This document shows, piece by piece, positions 56,467 through 64,000 of a DNA stretch of 64,000 nucleotides. The stretch lies in the sequence record OM456492.1. One strand, 5' to 3'. A program made the position numbers and the translations under genes. Numbering within the stretch: the stretch's first letter is position 1; each line of letters opens with the position of its first letter. The notes below the pieces were generated by a model, which saw nothing but the letters and a program-made list of their open reading frames with translations, ran no database searches and was not told the origin of the DNA.

Positions 56467-57036
56467 CGGTTGGCTAGCATCAATTTCACGCTGCGCATTG
56501 GCACGAATCAGCAAGTTCTTGATTTGTAACAATAACAGATAGGTTACGAGCACATCGAATTCAGACGGTGGTTGAACGTCGCCCAAGTCTGGATGGGCAA
56601 TCTTCCAGAGAGACATCCCGTCTTTATAACCTTGCCCTGATTCCGCTGCGAGAATGTCGTTGGTGGACATGCTAATGAGTTCGTGTTCCAGTTGACGGAG
56701 CACCTCGTCGCCCAATTCTACCTGCAACAGACATTTAAAGCGAATGATAAACCCCGCGATAATACGACCGCTACTACCTTTGGTGATCGTGTCGAGAAAA
56801 CGCTGGTAGCCGTTGATGGTGTGCGGGATAATCTCAACCGGATATTCGGCAATGGTTTCGAATGCATCTTCCAGTATAGCTTTCATGGACAACGTAAACA
56901 CGTCACCGATCTGATTGATGTGGCGAATAATGTCTTCACGTTTCATATCAGATGGAATCGGTTTGATATCATCCTGACCGAGAGTATTAAGTTGCTTCAT
57001 TGTAGCTCCAAAATCAAAAAAAAATAGGGCAGTCAT
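56458..57036 (-). CDS. Hypothetical protein (start probably MKQLN)
   Basis: 192-aa ORF; GGAG SD upstream of the internal ATG. Confidence 0.65.
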   Translation of the reverse strand: MTALFFFDFGATMKQLNTLGQDDIKPIPSDMKREDIIRHINQIGDVFTLSMKAILEDAFETIAEYPVEIIPHTINGYQRFLDTITKGSSGRIIAGFIIRFKCLLQVELGDEVLRQLEHELISMSTNDILAAESGQGYKDGMSLWKIAHPDLGDVQPPSEFDVLVTYLLLLQIKNLLIRANAQREIDASQPKK

Positions 57037-57105
57037 AAGACCACCCTATTGTTTACTGCTTCCGACCGAGTAGCTCAGCGAGTTACTTTGGGCTGGACGG
57101 AATCA

Positions 57106-57594
57106 TTATTCGTCGTCTTCGTCTTCTTCATCAGTTGCCATCATGGACTTGGCAAACTCTTTACGCAGTTTGCCTTCCAACGCTTTAGACTTCGGAGAAC
57201 CGAAACCGTAAGAGATGGACGCTGCCCATTCTTTCTGAGTTGGGTTTTCAGTAACCGGGCGAGAGAACACGGTAGAGAATGCTGCGTTACCGATATCCAG
57301 CGTTAAGTCCAGTGCACCGATATCGCTATCCGCTTTTGCACGGTCAGCAATCAGACCACCGGCAACGCCACCGAACAGTTCAGTGAAGTTTGCGTCGTGC
57401 TGTCGCAGAGCGTCCGCGTCTTCCAGTGTGAAGCGATAGTCCACATCCCCAACTTTCGTTACCGGCAATGTGTCTTCGTAAATCTTAACCAGCGGGTCAG
57501 CGTTCAGCGCCAGGTCTTCGGACAGGGTTGCTGCCGGCGTGTCCAGTTCAGCGATCAGTTTGTGCAGTGCTTTCATTGAAGTTACTTCAGCCAT
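57106..57594 (-). CDS. Hypothetical acidic protein (162 aa)
   Basis: AAGGAA SD; DEEDEDDE tail; high-expression codon bias. Confidence 0.7.
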   Translation of the reverse strand: MAEVTSMKALHKLIAELDTPAATLSEDLALNADPLVKIYEDTLPVTKVGDVDYRFTLEDADALRQHDANFTELFGGVAGGLIADRAKADSDIGALDLTLDIGNAAFSTVFSRPVTENPTQKEWAASISYGFGSPKSKALEGKLRKEFAKSMMATDEEDEDDE

Positions 57595-57620
57595 CTTAAT
57601 ATTCCTTAAGGTCAGTGTGA

Positions 57621-58292
57621 TTAATCGTGTGAAAGACGAGCTTCGAGGTCGTCGATAATGGTATCTGTGAAATAGCTAATATCTAGCTGCTCCACGAAAT
57701 CCCTGCGTTCCAGAATGCGCTCTGCGAAGAGCGTACCGTACCAACTAGGGACATTACTAACGCCGTTGCGTCCGAACTTCTGTTGGACATGACTAACGGC
57801 ATGGAATTTTGCATCACCTTTACTTTTACCCTGCTCACGGGCAAACAGATAAGAACGGTGCATGTAATTGCTCACGTCGTCTACAGACGGTATACCGCGG
57901 TCAGCTGCGGCAACTATCTCAGAGACAATCCCGTTGTAGTTCCCTTTGTGAGAACTGCGGTGTTCTAAGACTGCATGGGCAATCGTCAAACACTCATCAT
58001 CGGTAAGTTTATACTTACGTTTGAGCACTGGCTTGTTATCCAGTATCCAGCTATACCCTTTGATGTGGTGCGACGCACGGTCTTCTTTGGTAGAGAAGAT
58101 ATCGTGAGCTGCCACCGCAATCAGTATCAGCTTCAGGTGTTCGGTTTGCCCAAGCATATACGCGATACGAATCGCATTTGATTTAACTGAGTTGATGTGA
58201 TCCATGCGATGCGCACTATCGGTATAACGATAGAAGTCGCGGAATTGACGAACCAGTTTTTCCCAAAGTTTGTTGAGTTCAGTGCCCTGCAT
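57621..58292 (-). CDS. HD-domain phosphohydrolase
   Basis: HRMDH..V, AAHD, HH..G, EH, AAD metal-binding pattern. Confidence 0.85.
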   Translation of the reverse strand: MQGTELNKLWEKLVRQFRDFYRYTDSAHRMDHINSVKSNAIRIAYMLGQTEHLKLILIAVAAHDIFSTKEDRASHHIKGYSWILDNKPVLKRKYKLTDDECLTIAHAVLEHRSSHKGNYNGIVSEIVAAADRGIPSVDDVSNYMHRSYLFAREQGKSKGDAKFHAVSHVQQKFGRNGVSNVPSWYGTLFAERILERRDFVEQLDISYFTDTIIDDLEARLSHD

Positions 58293-58326
58293 GTAAATAT
58301 TCCTTACGATAATGGTCGATTAACTA

Positions 58327-58716
58327 CTACGAGAATGTGTGATAACAACGTGTCAGTGTAACCTTCGCGTTATCAGAATGGTCTTCGTTGGTATACATCA
58401 CCGGCCAGATAATGTTATCAGACGAAAGCGCCTTTGATAACCCTTCAATCAATTCCTTCATTGAGGTTCCCTTCAGCCGATGGGTCGTACGCCACCTGTG
58501 TGACGTCATACGGCTATAAACCACCATATCTGGTGTAAGGGTACTACTTTCCTCCTTAATCTCCTCTAAACGCTTCTCCTCGCTTTCTACGAAGCTTAGT
58601 AAAGCATCTGGATTTCGAACAAACTCACCGAAACGATCGTCTCGGCGCAAGCCACAAAGAACCCATAGCGTAAATGGATCTCTGCACGCATCTACCAACC
58701 CCTCTGCGATTTTCAT
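58327..58716 (-). CDS. Hypothetical protein (129 aa)
   Basis: AAGGAA SD. Confidence 0.65.
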   Translation of the reverse strand: MKIAEGLVDACRDPFTLWVLCGLRRDDRFGEFVRNPDALLSFVESEEKRLEEIKEESSTLTPDMVVYSRMTSHRWRTTHRLKGTSMKELIEGLSKALSSDNIIWPVMYTNEDHSDNAKVTLTRCYHTFS

Positions 58717-58770
58717 TTTATTCCTTCCTACACAGTCAAAGGATTTGTACGATTCGTTATTTTTGAGAGA

Positions 58771-59169
58771 TCAGATCAGCTGCTCGGCGCGCAAACGTCT
58801 CAACGTGTTCGTTGCTGTAATAAGAACATCTTGCAGCTCTTGTATTGCTTCGCCATCAAAGTACGCTTTAAGATGCAGGTCGCTGGTGATGAGTCCGCCG
58901 TATTTGTAAGGCAGGTCTGTAATATCACAGACGATGGGATTTTCTGCTCGCCACTTTTCATCAGCAATGAGAATAAGAAACTTCCAGGCGTTTTGATTGT
59001 CGAGCGATTCACCGGTTTCTGGCTTGTAGAGTTCTTTTAAACGTTTATCGCGCTCAGCGATAAGGTATTCGTCATCAGTCAACAGACGAATTAAATCGGC
59101 TTCGTTGCTCTCGGCTTTAGCACAAAGCATCATGGCAACAAAGGGGTCTTGGCGTAGTTGGTTAGTCAT
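58771..59169 (-). CDS. Hypothetical protein (132 aa)
   Basis: AAGGAG SD; promoter motif upstream. Confidence 0.7.
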   Translation of the reverse strand: MTNQLRQDPFVAMMLCAKAESNEADLIRLLTDDEYLIAERDKRLKELYKPETGESLDNQNAWKFLILIADEKWRAENPIVCDITDLPYKYGGLITSDLHLKAYFDGEAIQELQDVLITATNTLRRLRAEQLI

Positions 59170-59226
59170 TGTAAATACTCCTTCTGGGTAATAGTCGATT
59201 AAAGCGTTAACGTGTAACGCTCACCT

Positions 59227-59241
59227 AAGTAATATATATCT
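59227..59241 (-). promoter_or_regulatory. Promoter motif AGATATATATTACTT (contains TATATTAC)
   Basis: Exact phiKZ early-promoter core; TTGCATTC further upstream. Confidence 0.65.
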
Positions 59242-59315
59242 CAGTTCTTTTTGAATGCAATTAATAAAATAAAAAGGCTCACCCGTATCCGAAGATAGGA
59301 TGAGCCTACTGGAGC

Positions 59316-59909
59316 TTAGACTTGCAGTAGTGTCCCCGAGTGAGTAATCGGGTCATTGTAGAACGCTTCACACTGGAGGCAAATGCCATCAATGTTCGGT
59401 TCTTCAGTTCGCGACCATATTGCCGCGCCACCTTGCAAAATCCATTCTCGACAGTTACGACCATAATCGTCGACAAGCAAATTACCTCGCGAGGCGTAAG
59501 CTTTCTTCTGCCCTGAACTTTCGGTGACGATGACTTTGTCAGCTGGTACCCCAAAGTGCTTCATGAACCACCGTTGTTTTGAGTCCACAACTAATTGGTG
59601 GTCGTAGTGATCTTCTGATCCAGAGGTGAGTATTGCCCAACTGTCGCAAAGTCTATCTACCGTTTCCAGGATTCGCTCTACACCCTCAATTGGTTCGAGT
59701 TTGTAAAACAAGTCAGGATCGTTCTGATACATCGAACGAACCAAACTACGGCGACGGAGTTCAGGTAGTGCGTTAAACTCTTTAATCGTCATTCCGGGAA
59801 AATGTGTGGATAAAACGTATTTACGCCAGCGTGCAAAAACGCCATCGCTATCCAGATAAAACATCTTCTTGTCCTTATTTTGTTCCCCAACACATGAAAC
59901 CAACGTCAT
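59316..59909 (-). CDS. HAD-superfamily 5'(3')-deoxyribonucleotidase-like protein
   Basis: Motif I YLDSDGV, ILTS, K, motif IV LLVDD. Confidence 0.82.
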   Translation of the reverse strand: MTLVSCVGEQNKDKKMFYLDSDGVFARWRKYVLSTHFPGMTIKEFNALPELRRRSLVRSMYQNDPDLFYKLEPIEGVERILETVDRLCDSWAILTSGSEDHYDHQLVVDSKQRWFMKHFGVPADKVIVTESSGQKKAYASRGNLLVDDYGRNCREWILQGGAAIWSRTEEPNIDGICLQCEAFYNDPITHSGTLLQV

Positions 59910-59917
59910 GTAAAAAA

Positions 59918-60217
59918 TTACATCTGCTTTATTGCCATATTCGAACGATACGGCTCAGTGAGTAGAAAGTAAGTACGGCGATAGTCGATTGTCACTCCAG
60001 CCTCTTTAATGTCGCAATAGAGTGCCATGATATCTAGCGACGCGATTCCGGAGATGATGTTATTAATCTTGCGTTTTGTATCAAAACGTTCCGATAAGAT
60101 TTCGGCAAGCACTTCTTTACCAGCCTTTCCTTGGATAGCGTAGATCGCTAACGCTTTCAGTTCTTCCGGCGTCAAACAACGAAGGGTCGGAGGTATTGCG
60201 ATGTTAACGACCTTCAT
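59918..60217 (-). CDS. Hypothetical protein (99 aa)
   Basis: GGGGGA SD. Confidence 0.6.
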   Translation of the reverse strand: MKVVNIAIPPTLRCLTPEELKALAIYAIQGKAGKEVLAEILSERFDTKRKINNIISGIASLDIMALYCDIKEAGVTIDYRRTYFLLTEPYRSNMAIKQM

Positions 60218-60273
60218 GCGTCCCCCTTACTGTAGTGGTTTTTAGTTGTGATTTGCAGACCACGAACTAGGCA

Positions 60274-60903
60274 CTACGGTGAAACGACGTATTCGTTCAG
60301 TGCGTTATCAAAAGCAGTACGCGCAGTGGCGACCGCCTCCGAGACCTTAACTTCACCGCGCTCCCAGTTGACGCTGATAATCAGTCGATAAAATTCGCCG
60401 GCTTTCAGCAGTTGACTGGTAGACAGGCGCACATCTTGTCCGAAACTTAAGTGATAGACAAAAACATGGCCACCGTTGCGAAGTTCTGACAACCGCATCT
60501 CACCCAGGTAAATCGGTTTGATATCCCAGTTCGACATGCGGTGTGGTACAATCCATACTTCACCCGCCCGATTCGGTTCTTGCGTCAGGTTGACCGAAGG
60601 CTGCGCTACATCACGTTCATCAAAACCGTAAAGATACAATCGTGTGGGTATTTCGATTGCAGAGAAGTTGTGACGTGCACCCTTAATCGCTCGCTCTAAA
60701 TCTACCGAGCAGCAAATCCTGGGTACAGTCTTGTCTTCATCTGGCGCGCACGAAAGTGGGATACGCGGCGAAAACGTCGCTATCTTACACTTGCTTAAAT
60801 GCAGCGGCTGTTCAGTCAGTTTACGCAACGTCAACTTTTTGGCGACGTGCGGCATCTGGCGTTCACACCACCGCTCTAATGACGGGTCGATATGTTCTGC
60901 CAT
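60274..60903 (-). CDS. Conserved hypothetical protein (209 aa), possibly virion
   Basis: Coupled to the protease gene; PRICCS motif. Confidence 0.65.
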   Translation of the reverse strand: MAEHIDPSLERWCERQMPHVAKKLTLRKLTEQPLHLSKCKIATFSPRIPLSCAPDEDKTVPRICCSVDLERAIKGARHNFSAIEIPTRLYLYGFDERDVAQPSVNLTQEPNRAGEVWIVPHRMSNWDIKPIYLGEMRLSELRNGGHVFVYHLSFGQDVRLSTSQLLKAGEFYRLIISVNWERGEVKVSEAVATARTAFDNALNEYVVSP

Positions 60904-60905
60904 TT

Positions 60906-61709
60906 TTACCAGCTCCTTACACCCATGCCCATTACCCGCAGATTGGACACTTTCGGAGCCAGCTGCAGGTATTCCTGCGCGAGTTGTTGGAGAGCACCAC
61001 GACGGGACTCAGTGGCAACAGCGCTGGTCGTTGTCGGATTGTACAGAATGTCTTCCAACACTTGACGACTGATAGGACGGTCGACGTAAGTGCGAGTAGA
61101 TTCCTGTGCCACTTTACTACCGCGTTGAATCGCGGAGTATTTGTTACAGATTTGCAGGCCATCTTCGATAACCCAGTCAAAGGTGACCAGTTTATCGATA
61201 CGGCGTACGATAGTCGTACCCAGACGACCTTCACGAACGATAGCACGCAATGAGAAACACACGTTCTGATGTGGGTTCTCTAGTGCTTCCGCCAGAAGCG
61301 GACCACGTTCACGGTTAGGTTTAATCCAACCCCAGATTTCCATCACCGGCAGACCGTTACACATCTGGTCGGTCGGCTTCACTTCTACTTCGCGAATGTG
61401 CATACACACGTTACGCGTTTCGATCCATTCGTTACGTTCGATCCACTGGGCTTCGCTCATGCCTTGTTCGTATTGCGGATGGTCTTCTTCACCGAAGAGA
61501 TTCCCCGCTAAAACTTTACGCATGAATACGTTAGAGCGCTCGAAGACATGTTTTGACTCGTTATAGGCGTAGTAAATATTCTCAGAGTTGAAAATATTCA
61601 GTGCACCTAACAGGACGTAGTAATACCCGTCCGCATCTTTCTTTAGCGTTGCCCCTTTATTGACCCCAGCGAGTGCCACGCAGTTATAACGTAGTGACAA
61701 GTTTTCCAT
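60906..61709 (-). CDS. Prohead (head maturation) serine protease (phiKZ gp175-like)
   Basis: GEEDHP (His), CFSLRA (Ser), TFDWV (Asp). Confidence 0.88.
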   Translation of the reverse strand: MENLSLRYNCVALAGVNKGATLKKDADGYYYVLLGALNIFNSENIYYAYNESKHVFERSNVFMRKVLAGNLFGEEDHPQYEQGMSEAQWIERNEWIETRNVCMHIREVEVKPTDQMCNGLPVMEIWGWIKPNRERGPLLAEALENPHQNVCFSLRAIVREGRLGTTIVRRIDKLVTFDWVIEDGLQICNKYSAIQRGSKVAQESTRTYVDRPISRQVLEDILYNPTTTSAVATESRRGALQQLAQEYLQLAPKVSNLRVMGMGVRSW

Positions 61710-61771
61710 TGGTTTCCCCAGTTGTTATTACCGAAGTGGGTTATTGGGGACGTACAATAACCCTACCCCAG

Positions 61772-62500
61772 TTACCTCATATACAAATCCTCGAGTGGCT
61801 CTGCACGTACCGGATCGACCTGGAGTGCAGAACGGATACCTTGTTTCAGCTCCACATCTGCAATCTTGGCCAAGCGGGAAGTTTTGTTCAATGAACCTGA
61901 ACGCAGCGGAATAAACTGCACCCGATTCATCAAATCGCTGTCTTTTTTCAGGGTATAGCGGAAATACGTCCGCGGGTCGCCAACCTTACGCTGTGTGTGG
62001 GCAGCATAACAGTCAGCGGTGATTTGATCGTTAAAGACCGTAAAGCCGTTCCACGTCTTAGTGTCAGACAACAGCTCAGCGTCATCTACTGCGGTGTACC
62101 AGAAAGGACGGTTGCCGAAGTCGTAGATGTACGAAGCAATGTTGTAGACTGGCGAGGATAGCACTTGCAGCATTCGGTTGGGGAACACCACCGTGCCGGG
62201 GTCAAAACGGAACTCGTAATACGGCACACCCTGAACATCAATTTCCTCAAACGCCGACGGGGTAATTTCAATGAACGTCGTAACGTTCGATACTCCGTAG
62301 GTTTTGCGGTCAGTGGAGATAGCGAAAATGCCGACGATTTCTACTTGTGAAGAAATTACCGCCAGCTCTTTAGCCACGAAGCCAACAGGGATGTAAATGT
62401 AACATCCCCCTTTGGTGATGGTGGCCGTGCCTTGGTCCACTAAATCTGCATGAATTTTCGTCGCGTCACGACGTGCTGTTTCAATGGCGCTCACGACCAC
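61772..62500 (-). CDS. Virion RNAP beta'-like C-terminal subunit (phiKZ gp176 / SPN3US gp244-like)
   Basis: Position before the protease; TSRLAKIADVELKQGIRSAL..PLEDL resembles the beta' C-terminus. Confidence 0.6.
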   Translation of the reverse strand: MVVSAIETARRDATKIHADLVDQGTATITKGGCYIYIPVGFVAKELAVISSQVEIVGIFAISTDRKTYGVSNVTTFIEITPSAFEEIDVQGVPYYEFRFDPGTVVFPNRMLQVLSSPVYNIASYIYDFGNRPFWYTAVDDAELLSDTKTWNGFTVFNDQITADCYAAHTQRKVGDPRTYFRYTLKKDSDLMNRVQFIPLRSGSLNKTSRLAKIADVELKQGIRSALQVDPVRAEPLEDLYMR

Positions 62501-62509
62501 CTCTCTTTA

Positions 62510-63985
62510 TTAAACTTTGCTCGGTACAGAAATAACCACACCGCCACAAATCCAATCCAGGACGTAGTTAATCATCCAGTCGGTTGCTACCTCGTCAGGT
62601 TGACGGTTAGCAATCATACCACGATGAATATCCAGCATTAGCTTGGACAGTTCGTACTCACCAAAGACCTCGGTTGCTGAGACCTTGATAACGAACTCAG
62701 TGATGTCGGTGGTGTCGGTGGTGAAGAACTCGTCGATGAAGCTCGCCGTCGAACGCTTAATGTATTCTGGCGTTGCTACCTGACCGTCTTCTCCACGCCA
62801 GAACAGTTCAGGATCGGTTGCATCGATAGCCACGTTAAACGCTTGTTTCAGTGACTGGCGATTGCGTGTTACCCAATTGCTGTCAAGTTTAGCACGCTGA
62901 ATCGCGGAACGGTGGCCCCAGGCAGCGATGTAGTCTTTCTGTTTTTCCAACAGTGAAGCTACACGCGTGGAGACATTGGTGTCACCTTCGTCCAGTTGGT
63001 AAATAGCGCCCAGTAACGCTTCAACGCTACCGCCTTTTTCCAGATAGTCGTCCATCACTTCCTGACAGATATACACTTTCTTCTCAACGTTGTCGTATCC
63101 GAAGACAATGTTACCGGTCTTGATACGGGTAACGATGTTCTGGGTGTAGGCGTAAACCCAGCCGATATAGCTGTAATGCAATGGCAGCATCTGTGCTTTC
63201 CACTGCCCGCTATTCAGACCAGAGTCTTTCCACGGCATTTCCAGGTAGTAGCCAGAAAGCAACATAAACAGAATGTTACGTTTCAGGTTGTGTGGTGCCT
63301 GGTCGCTTACCGGAGAGAGCATGTTCCCTTCGAGCATGGTGCGAACGGCTTCGTTGATATTCCAGCCCAGCGAGTTCAGCAGTTCTTTAACCAGATCGTC
63401 GTAAGCTTTGCTGCCGGTTTCTGGCAGTTCGATATCGGCAGGGACGTTAGCTTTAACCGCAGGATGCGTGGTACCGTTACCCAGCGGGTTCTCTACCGAA
63501 TCAATTAATGCCTGTACCACCGGGGAGTTCAACGCCGGGTCCATACCTGTAGGTACGAGTGCCCACTCTTCGCTAACTGCCTGGTTTTCAATACCCTGGT
63601 TGTTTTGGATAACCAGCTGAACAAACGGCTGAATAACATTACGGGCAAAGTCAAGCATACCCTGACAACGCTGGATAGCCATGCGCTTCAGTTCAAACAG
63701 CGTTGGTTCGTGGTCTTCGACGTTCAACGTTTCTGGACCCGCTGCCGTATCCGCGATTACAGACGCTTCGCCCGTGTCAAATTGCGGCGTTTTCAGTGCA
63801 GTGATATCCGGCAGAGACTGGAAGAACTCTTCGTCAGTTATCTGTGTATCGAAAACGCTCTGCTGCGTAGTCGCTTTTGTCAGTAGACCAACAGGACTGT
63901 CAACGTCAGCTTCCAAACGAATCTGGTGTTGTTTCGCCAGTTTCATTGCGTTGGTGACAGCATTAAGTGAATATAAGTTGATCAT
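62510..63985 (-). CDS. Internal head / ejection protein (phiKZ gp177-like)
   Basis: 491-aa ORF; synteny. Confidence 0.6.
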   Translation of the reverse strand: MINLYSLNAVTNAMKLAKQHQIRLEADVDSPVGLLTKATTQQSVFDTQITDEEFFQSLPDITALKTPQFDTGEASVIADTAAGPETLNVEDHEPTLFELKRMAIQRCQGMLDFARNVIQPFVQLVIQNNQGIENQAVSEEWALVPTGMDPALNSPVVQALIDSVENPLGNGTTHPAVKANVPADIELPETGSKAYDDLVKELLNSLGWNINEAVRTMLEGNMLSPVSDQAPHNLKRNILFMLLSGYYLEMPWKDSGLNSGQWKAQMLPLHYSYIGWVYAYTQNIVTRIKTGNIVFGYDNVEKKVYICQEVMDDYLEKGGSVEALLGAIYQLDEGDTNVSTRVASLLEKQKDYIAAWGHRSAIQRAKLDSNWVTRNRQSLKQAFNVAIDATDPELFWRGEDGQVATPEYIKRSTASFIDEFFTTDTTDITEFVIKVSATEVFGEYELSKLMLDIHRGMIANRQPDEVATDWMINYVLDWICGGVVISVPSKV

Positions 63986-64000
63986 GCCTGACCCCCGTTT

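Noticed and set aside
1-64000. CRISPR array
   Set aside because: No regularly spaced direct repeats seen; repeats are limited to terminators and Gly-codon runs.

Overview
The window is 64 kb of a phiKZ-like, nucleus-forming jumbo myophage (Chimalliviridae). Gene order matches my recollection of Salmonella phage SPN3US and related Erwinia phages; this is recalled synteny, not a database search. Most genes are on the minus strand. Left to right: two virion and non-virion RNA polymerase (RNAP) blocks with an SF2 helicase, then the phage-nucleus block (probable chimallin, ChmC-, PicA- and gp68-like genes). A non-virion RNAP beta' gene is split at its DFDGD motif by a group I intron carrying an HNH homing endonuclease. 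Next come a B-family DNA polymerase, small hypothetical genes, a ~4 kb RNA-rich island (38.8-42.8 kb), terminase, tail sheath and tube, head protease and further virion genes. The strongest unexplained signals are three. (1) A candidate programmed -1 frameshift (T TTT TTC at 2833-2839) fuses a 656-aa ORF to the next 123-aa ORF. (2) Two long hairpin-dense non-coding tracts (~38.8-40.0 and ~41.07-41.9 kb) have G-U pairs and tetraloops indicating minus-strand structured RNAs; the first embeds an atypical tRNA(CAU) and a tRNA lacking a normal anticodon loop. (3) A palindromic, extremely AT-rich origin- or pac-like element lies at ~42 kb. No CRISPR array was seen.
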